Origin: Polymyxa betae A26-41
Lineage: Eukaryota; Protista; Endomyxa: Phytomyxea
Length of the DNA stretch: 39,892 nucleotides
Reading direction: 5' to 3'
NCBI GenBank assembly: GCA_003693705.1
Contig: RBZT01000474.1
Coordinates: 1 to 39,892 of the forward strand
Of the stretch, positions 11,130-21,116 are shown one piece after another (position 1 is the first letter of the stretch; every line of letters begins with the position of its first letter). Position numbers and translations under genes: made by a program. Under the pieces are notes generated by a model. It was not told where the DNA came from, searched no databases, and was given only the letters and a program-made list of their open reading frames with translations.

Positions 11130-11646
11130 AAGTCGAAGGCGAGAATAGAGACTGAGATCAAGGCTTGATGTGTATTATCGAAAGGTGGCAATCGGAATGA
11201 CCTATGCTACGCTATATTCAGGAGTTAAATAGTTTCTAGAAACGTTCTAGGAATCTTCCAAGTTGCTGGTCGCTGGGAATGGACTGGTGGAAGCTCGAGG
11301 GTTCTTCGGAATGTTCTACTCCTGTATAGGCTTCGCACTCCGTAGAGTTGGCTGCGCCTGCAGTTACGTTACCTGGGACTCTGGCAGGGACACAGGCCCT
11401 GACACTGCCCCCTCCTTTGGCTCGGTTCGTCCTTCTCGGTCCAGGCCTTTCCGGGTGGTTTTATGAAATTCGTTAATGTGCGTTTTCAACGCTTGAGTCG
11501 CGCCTAATGATCTTGCATATTCCCAAGTCCTTTCAGATGCTGGGTATCCCTCCCAGGTTATAAGATATTGCAATTGGTTACGGTGGTACCTTGAATCGAG
11601 TACTTCTTTGACAACATAAAGAGGTTCTGATTCACCTTCCAATATG

Positions 11647-11716
11647 TGTATCGGTTTGGGAACCAACTAAGCAATCTAAGCGCTTAGATTGCTTAGTTGG
11701 TTCCCAAACCGATACA
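11647..11716. mobile_element. 70-bp spacerless perfect palindrome inserted with a 4-bp TSD (TGT...ACA ends)
   Basis: 35/35 base pairs around the centre 11681/11682; TATG at 11643-11646 and 11717-11720. Removing it restores the C reading frame ESIILEGESEPLY. Confidence 0.9.
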
Positions 11717-12516
11717 TATGATAGACTCACGTCGTGGCTGTTCTCGTCCCTCTTTTTTGTCACAATTATATGGCTCGAGTTGTGAGATGTGAAATACATC
11801 GTGAAGACGGCCCTGAGCTGGCAGTTTGAGGCAATATGTCACTGGATTAATGACTTCTGTAGTTTCGAACGGGCCCAGCATTTTAAAATCCAGTTTTGCA
11901 CATGGTCTTTGCGTACCGATTCCGTCGCGGCGTAACATCACCATGTCACCGATTGTTAATTGAGGGCCAGCCTGTCTTCTCATATCCGCGTACTTTTTCA
12001 TTTCCTCCTCGGCTCTATCAAGATTGTTAATGAGGAAATTTCGAATTTGGTTTAGATGATTTGCACGCTCTTCACCACTCGGGCATTCTAAGGAACTCGG
12101 TTGCACGGATTGGTCAAATCTGGGATGAAAACCGTAATTCATATAGAAGGGACTTAGCTTTGTAGAGGAATGATCCGTGTTGCTGTAGGCGAATTCTGCT
12201 AAGGGTAACCAATTCGACCAGTCATCTTGGCGATAAGATACATAACATCGTAAGTACTGCACCAAGACCTGATTGACTCTTTCGGTCTGACCGTCAGTCT
12301 CCGCAATTCTTGCAGAAGAAAGATTCCGCTTAATTTTCAATCTACATAAAAGTTGCTGCCAAAACCGCGAAATGAATTGCGGTCCCCTATCAGAGATTAT
12401 TTCGTCAGGTAAACCATGTAGCTTGAAAACATGGACTGTTAGTAGCTGGACAAGGTCGCTCGATGAAGTAGACTCTGTACATGGAATAAAGTGCGCCATC
12501 TTTGAAAAACGGTCTA

Positions 12517-12726
12517 CCGTATATCCCGGGCAAATAACCACCATTTACGCACTCTTTTTAGTCCATTTTTCTCTGTAACCAAAAGGCTGTATAAAAATAT
12601 TTTTATATCAGCATGTGTAAAATCCAACAATCTTTCTATTTATGTAGAAATTTTTGGTGAAGTCCATTTTTCGTCTCCAGAAATTGAATTTGAGAAAAAG
12701 TGCGTAGTGGTGGTCGGGATATACGG
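12517..12726. mobile_element. Tc1/mariner (pogo-like) MITE, 210 bp
   Basis: TA TSD (12515-12516, 12727-12728); TIR CCGTATATCCCG. Removing it restores integrase ILVVVDRFSKMAHF. Confidence 0.92.
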
Positions 12727-13796
12727 TACTACAACCAATATTGAATCATAGCCGTTGGAAATTGGCAATTTTGTGATAAAATCTATACTGATGGAGGACC
12801 ATAATTTCGTTGGAGCTGGGAGTGGAAGTAGAAAATCGTGTGGTTCGTGTCGAGGGGCTTTGCATCTCTGACAAATGTCGCATGTTCGCACATAATCTCT
12901 TATCATACGCCGTATCGAGGGCCACCAATAATCCCGCTGTATAAGATTTAATGTCTTCTTGAAACCAAAATGCCCACCCATTGGCGAATCATGACGGTTA
13001 CGGATAATCTCTAATTGTTTCTCGAGTTCTGAAACGACAGTTCGACTTGAAGTATTTGAAGAAGAGATCGTCGTCGCACACGTAGGTATTGCTTGTCTGA
13101 CAAATTGTTCTGGCTTGAAAATACAGGATTTTTGTAATTGCCATACAGGATCAGTCACGGAGATTTCATATTCAGGACGTCTTGATATCGCATCGGGTTT
13201 TCCGGAAGCTGATCCGGGTCTGTGAACAGTATCAAAATCAAACTCTGACAGTATCATACTTCAACGCGCTTGTCTCCTAGTCAATATTTTGGAAGATAGA
13301 AATGGACAAAATTCTTATGATCGCAATAGACTTTGATCTTGAAAGTACTGCCTTCAAGATATTGCCTCCAGTGTGCAAATGCATCAACGATCGCTAATAA
13401 TTCCTTATCGTACGTGTCGTAGTTAATCTCCGTTGGTGTAAGTTTCCTCGAATAGAAAGCGACCGGATGTAATTGACCATCGTCTTGAAGCTGGGACAAA
13501 ACCATGCCAATGGCGAAATCTGATGCGTCGGTTTCAGGGTTTATCAGGGTGATAGTGGGCTAGAACTGGTGCTGTCGTAAAGGAAACTTTCAATAGATCA
13601 AATGCTTTTTGTTTCTGTTCTGTCCAAACAAAATTAATTACCTTTCATGTCAGATTATGTAAAGGCCGGGATATTTCGGAATAGTTTGTAATGAAATCAC
13701 GATAGAAATTAGCAAACCGTAAAAATCGTTGGACACCCTTAACGTCTTTTGGCGTTTCCCAAGACGTTACGGCGTTAACCTTGGAGTCGGCCATTT

Positions 13797-14276
13797 TCAC
13801 ACCTTTGAGAGAGATAACGTAACCAAGAAATTCCACTTCCGTTGTATCGAAGCTGCATTTCTCCAGCTTTGCAGCCAGACCGACGGATCGCGTTGATTCG
13901 ACGAGTATATAAGGAGGTCATCTAAATTGACTACTAAGAATCGGTCGATATAGTCCGCGAATGTTTCGTTCATCAATCTTTGAAAATACGCCGGCGCGTT
14001 CTTGAGACCGAACGGCATCATGAAATATTCGAAATGACCGTACTTGCAGTTAAAAACGGTCTTCCATTCGTTGCCTTCTCTAATGCGAAGTAAGATATAC
14101 GCTCCTCGAAGATCGATTTTTGTAAATATTCTGGCGCCAGACAATTGTCGTAAAATGTCGTTAATAGGTGGTAAGGGGTATGGCTCGTTTTTGGTGATTT
14201 GGTTTAATCTGCGATAATCAACGCATAGCCGAAGCGAACCGTCTTTTTTCTTGGCGAACAAGATTGGGCTCCCCAA
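13797..14276 (-). pseudogene. RT fragment of C
   Basis: [38 protein letters not shown]. Confidence 0.92.
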
Positions 14277-14940
14277 AGTGACTGAGAATGACGAATAAAT
14301 CCCTTAGCGAGATGTTCCTGCAAATAATCTAGGAGAGTCTCCTCCTCTTTTGGTGACAAACTGTATATTTTCTTCTTAGGGAGTGATCCGTAGTCGTCGA
14401 CCAGGTTGATCGCACAATCAGATTGTCGATGAGGCGGAAGGCGATCAGCATACTGCTTCTCGAATACGTTTACGGATTCAGAGTATTTTCCCGGAAGTTC
14501 AGGTGGTGAAAGGTCACAGTCAGGCTCGCCGTCCGCCTCGATGTTACTCATCAAAGCTACTTCGTCCGGGGAACGCATAAAGTTGCCATCTCTCCAATCG
14601 ATAATCGGGTTATGCCGTTTTAACCAATTAATGCCGATGATCACCGGGTATCTTGGTGAATGAATCAATAAAAAACAAAGGTTATCAACGATTCCAGCAA
14701 CAGAAATCCGCAAAGATTGGGTTTTAAATTCGATTGGGTTCAGCTTTCTTCCGTCGATGACTTCAACAGGAATTTTAGAACGGGTTGGTAACATGCGAAT
14801 ATTGATCGACTTGGCATAATTGATATCCATAAAGATAGCAGAGGCTCCAGAAATAATTAAGGCCCTTGTTTGAAAGTTGTTGTCCGCGAACGAGATCGTG
14901 ATCCCTAGGACAATAGGATGCTCAAAATGATTCGAAAATG

Positions 14941-15706
14941 TCAATTTTGGGCATTCGAGACGTAAAGGGCGAAATCCTCGGGATTATTGCCTTGCTTGTA
15001 CTCCTGGTTCGCGCGCAAAATCGGGCAGTTCGGAACGATATGGCCTTCGTTTCCACAATACATGCAAAGTCCGAATCGGAGACGGCGTGCGCGTTCTTGC
15101 TCCGAGAGTCGGTCTCGGTGGAATGTTTTGTTACCGGTAGCGGCGTCGATCACCATAACATCACTGGAATTTAAAGGGTTGGTAGGCGGTGCGGTGGTTG
15201 GGATGCGGACTTGCGGTCCAGTACGACCGGGGGTAGTATGACCACGCTCCATGAGCCGCCGATCGGCATGGTTTGCTGCAGTGATCAGCTCCTGCAAGGT
15301 ATCCCCCGCTGGAATAGTTAACAACAGGTCTTGGACATCGGGGTTGAGGCTCAGTCTAAAGAAATATGAAGCAGCACGTTCGTCCCATCCAGCGTCCGCG
15401 AAAGCCAGCTGGAACTCGGAGGCGTACGCGGCCACAAAGCGCCGGCTCTGTCGCATATGCTGAAGTCGCCACGCGACGTGTTAAGGCCGAAGTGGGTCAC
15501 CGAACCGGTTCTGCATTGCCGAAATAAAAGACTCAAAATCATCAAGAAGCGGGTCATCATGCTCAAACAGTGGTGAAAACCAGTGCAAAACGGGACCGGA
15601 TAGTAGACTACCGACGAATAGAGCACGCTGACGGTCACTTTAGTAGGCTCTTGGCTGTTGTTGGATTACCAAACGGACCTGGTTAATAAATCCTCGTAAT
15701 CGGCCA
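14941..15706 (-). pseudogene. gag of C (PEG10/RTL-type)
   Basis: LRGFINQVRL...FVGSLLSG..LHWFSPL...FGDP with two in-frame stops, then LCMYCGNEGHIVPNCP. Confidence 0.85.
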
Positions 15707-16927
15707 TACCGCCATGACGATTGGGCGGATTAGGTTGCGTTGGCGGAGTTCGCGTACAACAATGCAGAGCATTCATCAACCAAAATGAGTCCGTTTCTGG
15801 TCAACTCTGGGTTCCACCTACGATTCGATGAAAAACCACCAACAAATTCAGCAGCAACTTGCCCAACGGCTGAAGAGCGAATTCTGCAACTGGATAAGAT
15901 CAGGAATTTGCTGAAACAGAACCTTTCCAAGGCAATCTCTGACATGCGATTGTTTGCGGACAGACACCGGAAAAGAGACCCAGCGTTTACAACCGGCGAT
16001 TTAATTATGCTCTGTAAGAACGGCATCGCTACCGGAAGAGCCTGCGACAAATTAGACTACCAAATGCTTGGCCCATATAAAATCATCCAGCAAATCAACC
16101 CAGTGGCATTCAAGTTGAAGCTACCCGAACGGTCGCGACTACATGATGTTTTTCACATCTCGCAACTTGAACCGTACCGCGAAAATTCTATTCCAGGTCG
16201 AAGTCAGCCACCACCGGAGCCCATACTGTTGGAAAATAACGAACCACTCTACATCGTCAAGGAGGTGCAGGACTCTAGGTATTTCCATGCCAAACTGCAA
16301 TAACTGATCGACTGGGAAGGGTATCCCCCATCAGAGCGTTCGTGGCAATTCCCAAGTTCGTTAGGAGCTACTGGAAGTCTCAAGCTGCATATCCGAGAAT
16401 TTCATAACAAATATCCACAAAAGGCCGGACCAGCACATACGAAGACCATGTGGCAATCTGTCGTTCAAGCCTGAGACGATTGCACGAAGAAATAGTAAAG
16501 ATGAATCTGTATTAATTATATGCGTATTCAAGCCCTAGTGAAATCCAGAAATTCATCGGAGTTGATTGATAGCCAGAGTATGCGTAAATTAGAGCCATAC
16601 AATATCCAATATTGTTACAACCAGTCCCAGAAGGGGGGCAATGTCAGGGGCGCAGCCCTTGACAGCGAGCAACAGAGGCCCCGCCACCACCAGACGTTTC
16701 TCCAGTAGAAGCTTCCACAGAATTGACTCTGAGAATCAGGTTATCTAGCCCACGGACATTCCACGGACTTTCCTGCTAGTAGCTGGAACATTCTTAGAAC
16801 TTCCCAGCGAGTATATAAAGGCCTCTCCAGGCCAGAATCCCTTCATTCCGATAATCTCCTTTCATAAAAAGCATCATTGACTTCGTTTCGTCTCCTGCCT
16901 CTGACTCTCCGATAGGTCTGCCTCTCA
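15707..16927 (+). mobile_element. Chromovirus D, 3' remnant (integrase C-terminus, chromodomain, PPT, LTR 16642 to about 16927)
   Basis: AEFAYNN...LGPYKI...LHDVFHISQLEPY and a chromodomain, clearly homologous to C. PPT AGAAGGGGGGCAA precedes TGTCAGGG. TATATAAA at 16812. Crypton coding sequence resumes at 16928. Confidence 0.9.
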
Positions 16928-17258
16928 AAATTAGGAATAATATCTAAACATTTTGTCCACTTTGGGCGGTCCGTAGGCGCTGTTAAAGCTGAACTGGAAG
17001 AGATGGACGCCCATTTGATTAAAAATTTAGGGAATCCGGACACGCAAGAGACAGATACTCGGCAAAATTACCTCTTTAGGCAATGCGATAATGGCCTGGC
17101 ATGATCGAAAAAAGCGATTCTTTTATCTTCCGCGGTCTGGTGTGGAACTTCCTGCAGAGCTGAAGAAACAGTTATTCCCCTTCAACGGGCATGAAATGGG
17201 AAGTGCTGCTGGTAGATTCCACACTGCAATGGCGTTTTTCAATTTCTGGATCGTCTTC
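16928..17258 (+). pseudogene. Crypton recombinase, catalytic piece
   Basis: KLGIISKHFVHFGRSVGAVKAEL (HxxR), LGN, YSAKLP (candidate catalytic Tyr), YLPRSGVELPAELKKQLFPF. Confidence 0.8.
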
Positions 17259-20200
17259 TGTAAGCAGGAGAGCGCCGGGGTCTTTGAGTTTTGGTCTTCT
17301 CTGAAGTAAGCACTAGCTTGGCAGAAACGAGAATTAGGTAAGTATAATCGCTTCAATTAATGACAAAAATAAAGGCATCACGATCACGTTGCTTCCTGGT
17401 ACGATGACTCACACGGCAGGTGTACACGTCCCCCCTAGCCCACGAGTCGATGTGATGTGGACTCCTGCACACGCACCAATCACGCCCTAGTTCGAGCCAC
17501 CCGCGACCCCATAGCCCCGCTAGCTGGAAGGTGGCCGGGGAAAGTGAATGTCGCCGCCTCTTTACCGCCGTCGCTGTTATCTTCCAACGACTCAAAGTCG
17601 CTCGCTTGGTACGATCCGAAACCGCTGTCATCAGAACCGGACCCGAAGACCTCCCGAGCGGTCGGATCAATGTAGAATGACGCGCGCTGCTGCGTGGTGA
17701 TATGCTGAAGCCGGTAGGTTCCGGGCGCGCCGTCGTGACGTTCTAATACTCTCCAGGGGCCGGTCAGCCGTGGAACGAGTCGCCGGGAAGGTTGTGGCCC
17801 AAGGGCTGCCTCGGAGGCCGGACGCGAGACCCTCACCAGCTGGCCCTCCGTAAAGGTGACCTCTCGTCGGTTCAGGTTCGCGCGCCTCGTGCGCTGGTGG
17901 TACGCCTCCGCAGCCGTCTGCTCCGCGACACTCCGGGCCGCCTTCAGTCTCCGTCGGAGCTGCTCCAGGTATTGCAACTGATTGCTGGCCATGGGTTCCG
18001 TCGGTATCTTCACGTCGTAGGTCCACGGTCCTCTCACGTCGCGTCCATCCTCCAGATAGTGAGGGGTCTCCTTCGTGGTCGCGCACGCTCCCTGACAATA
18101 AGCAAAAGTCAAGAAACCAAGAAGTCGATCCCAGCGGGGCTTATTTTCAACATTTAACGTCCTCAGGAATGCGTTCAGATACCGGTGGGACCGTTCTGCC
18201 ATGCCATTTCCCTGTGCCCGGTACGCCACAGTCATTGCTAACCGGAATCCAAACACAACGCTCAGAGCTTGCCACAACTGGTTGCGCCACGACGTGCTTC
18301 GGTCGGCCACGATCTTCCGCGGGAAGCCTTGGATCAAGAACACATTCTGAATCCAGGCTTCCGCTGTCTCCGTCGCCGACAGGCTCTTTACGGGCATGAT
18401 GATGGTCGCGTGCGTAGCCCGACAGGTCGCCGTTAATACGTGCTGGTTGCATCTTAACGTCCGGGCGAGCTTCGTCACATGGTCAATATGGACCCTGGAC
18501 CATGGCTCGAACTCGTCGCAATCGGTGAACTCACTCATTAAGCCCTGCCCTCTTGGGATGGTAAGCTTGCTTTGCTGACATGGTATGCAGTGGCGCACGT
18601 AGCGCCGAACGGCGCTTGCCATCTGTGGCCAGAAGCTGCCGCTTGCAAGCGTTCCAGGGTGCGGGGGATTCCGAAGTGGGATCCCAGAAGACCATCGTGT
18701 GCTTGTTGCAAGCTCTGCTCTCTGTCGGTGTTAGGGATGCATACCATATATCGCGGTGCTTCATCCTTCCGGCGCGGTTTCGCTTGTTTTCACCAGTACC
18801 CCGTTCGCGTCCAATACCAACTCTCGTGCGCCCGGTCGAGATCGCGATAATCCGTGGCCCCAATACTGGATGGGCTTGCTGGCGGCTCCTCAGAACTGCT
18901 GCGGCTTCCTACTCCAAGACGACGCCCGAATTGCCAATCACGACTGTGTCCACGTCGGGCACGCTATCATCCTCACTCTCCGTCTCTGACTCGCTCTGCA
19001 GCATCTCCTCCCGGAGCGGTCGGCCCACCTCGTGCTCGTACTCCTCCATTCTGCTCAATGCGTCGGCATTTTGGTTCTTCGCGCCTTTCTTATACCGGAT
19101 GACGTAGTCGAAAGTCCCTAGCGCCTCCCAGATCCGACATAGTTGCGCATCGTCGGTTTCTTTGCGTAGGAATTCTAGCGGTTTGTAGTCCGTCTCGATG
19201 ATGAACAGTTGGCCCTCGAGGTAGCACCGCCATTTCTTTAGGGCATGGCGGATGGCCACTGCCTCGCCTCGCCGCACCGAATACGTTTTCTCCATCCCCA
19301 TGCACTTCCGGGAGAGATATGCTACCGGGTATTCCTGACCGTCGTCATCGCACTGGCTCAGGACCGCTCCGATTGCCCGACAGGAGTAGTCTGTCTGCAC
19401 GATGAAGGGACGAGAGAAGTCAGGGTGATGCAACACAGGTCGTTATGTCAGTAGTCTGCGGATGCGTTCGAACGCCTCCTGATGCTCGTGTTTCCCGCTC
19501 CATTTGCGCCGTCTTCGTGGTTAAATCCGTTAAAGGCGCCGTAATTGCCGTGAAACCGGGGATAAAATGGCAATAATATCCCGCAAGCCCCAGGAATGTT
19601 CTCAGCGTCTTCTTGTCTCTCGGCTTCGGGTATTCAGCCACCGCTTCCACCAAACGGTGATCCGGTCGAACACCATCCGCGCTCAGGTGGTGCCCCAGAA
19701 ACGTGACCTCGTTTTGCAACAAGGACGTCTTGCGTGGATTCACCGTCAGCCCTTGCTCCCGGAACCGCAAAAAAACCCGGTCCAGTTTCTCCAAGTGCTC
19801 GTCGATATCCTTCGAGAACACCAGGACATCGTCCATATACACCATGCAATCGGTATATGTCAGTCCTGCCAGCACTTTTCCCATCAACCGGCAGTATGTA
19901 GCGGGAGCACATTTCAATCCAAAGGGCATTCGGTTCCATTCGAACATACCCTCACGCGTTACGAATGCAGTTTTCGGTTTATCGTCTTCGGCCATAGCCA
20001 CTTGCCAGTAGCCCGAAGCCATGTCGATCACAGAAAAGAAACCAGAACCTCGCATATTTGCTAATGCCTCGTCTATCCTGGCCATGAGGTACTGTACGCG
20101 TCCGCCATTGTTAAGTCATTCAGCCTTCGGTAGTCGATGCTGAATCGGTATTCCCCATCCTTTTTCCGGGACAGCACAACACCTGCTGCCCACGGGCTTC

Positions 20201-20530
20201 GCGATGGCCTGATGATCCCCGCTTCCAACAGTTTTTCGACCGTCTCTGCAATATGCTGCTCGAGGTTCGGATGACGGCGACGAGGAGGCGTGGATATCGG
20301 CGTGGCTCCCGGCAACAGGTGTATAGCGTGCTCCTCCGTCGTCGTATGGCCAATAAGCTTCGGAAAACCGGGTCGGGTACCGGATAGAGGCAGGTACCCG
20401 ACACGTTAGTACCCGGTCGGAGCCCTAGAAACGAGAATTAGGTAAGTATAATCGCTTCTATTAACGACAAAATTAAAGGCATCACGATCACGTGGCGTCC
20501 TGGTACGATGACTCACACGTCAGGTGTACA
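17259..20530 (-). mobile_element. Gypsy LTR retrotransposon E (no chromodomain), internally deleted for gag, PR, PBS and part of the 5' LTR
   Basis: 3' LTR 17259-17426 (TGTAAG...TGTACA) and partial 5' LTR 20427-20530 (6 differences in 104 bp). 4-bp TSD CTTC (17255-17258, 20531-20534). PPT 17427-17437. RT with YMDD 19420-20315, RNase H 18909-19436, integrase 17480-18750. Confidence 0.93.
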
Positions 20531-20534
20531 CTTC

Positions 20535-20747
20535 GAACTGTCATTCTGCATGATGTGGCCGCAATGATGCTGATGGATGTTAATCATCTTATATTTAAAC
20601 TTCCTGTTTTTAAATCAGAACTGTTCAGACAGTTTGTTGAAGACCTTAAAATCTATCATTCTACATCTGTCAGTCCGTCGGTCGCAAATATCGACTCCGT
20701 ACTTCCCGGAGTTCAGGCGAAAACTGACAATGTTCATTAGGATATCC
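20535..20747 (+). pseudogene. Crypton recombinase, downstream piece
   Basis: Joins across the E TSD as FLDRLRTVILHDVAAM...HLIFKLPVFKSELF...IDSVLPGV. Confidence 0.8.
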
Positions 20748-21116
20748 TGTTATGTGATGGATCTACGAGGAGACAAGAGACGAGAGAGAGGGGAACACGA
20801 CTGATTTTATTCGCAGGGTCGGATCCAGCATGGACAGTGCTGGAGCTGGAACGCCGCGACGGACTTGGAGATTAGGGACTGAGAGGTACATAGGGAAGTT
20901 CACGGTGAATCTAAACCCTAGAACCCTAAACCCTGAACCCAAATACATTCCAACACGCCCCCTCAGTTCATGCGTTGAAGAGAGTGTGGACTGGAGATTA
21001 TGAAATGGGGATGAATTTGGTAATTGATGGTCGTGATAGATTGGCTGTTCAACAGGGAAAAGTGGAATCCTTTTACGGAGACGCGCCGGAATTGTCTGGC
21101 GGTACCGTGGGACTCA
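20748..21116 (-). mobile_element. Copia-type element F remnant: 3' LTR (20748-20955), PPT and 3' UTR
   Basis: TGTTA...CCAACA ends. The PPT ATGAACTGAGGGGGCG is identical to that of Copia J, and the 3' UTR aligns to 38980-39123. Confidence 0.8.
20911..20940 (+). repeat. Four degenerate telomere-like repeats inside LTR F
   Basis: CTAAACCCTAGAACCCTAAACCCTGAACCC, i.e. TTTAGGG/TTCAGGG on the minus strand. Confidence 0.8.

Larger units (their letters stand above)
5518..15706 (-). mobile_element. Ty3/Gypsy chromovirus C (Tf2/sushi-like), 5'-truncated, with nested insertions
   Basis: 3' LTR is 5518-5559 plus 11135-11404 (TGTTAGGG...CCCTGACA), with a PPT at 11405-11417. Chromodomain 11364-11666, integrase 11720-13000, RNase H 13200-13530, RT 13645-14300 ([19 protein letters not shown]), protease 14204-14944, and PEG10/RTL-like gag with a CCHC knuckle 14941-15706. 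Confidence 0.92.

Noticed and set aside
14941-15706. Domesticated PEG10/RTL-like gene
   Set aside because: It has in-frame stops and sits in an LTR element followed by PR-RT-INT, so it is ordinary chromovirus gag.
18169-20064. Multiple plus-strand ORFs over element E
   Set aside because: Antisense shadows of GC-rich pol with no motifs.
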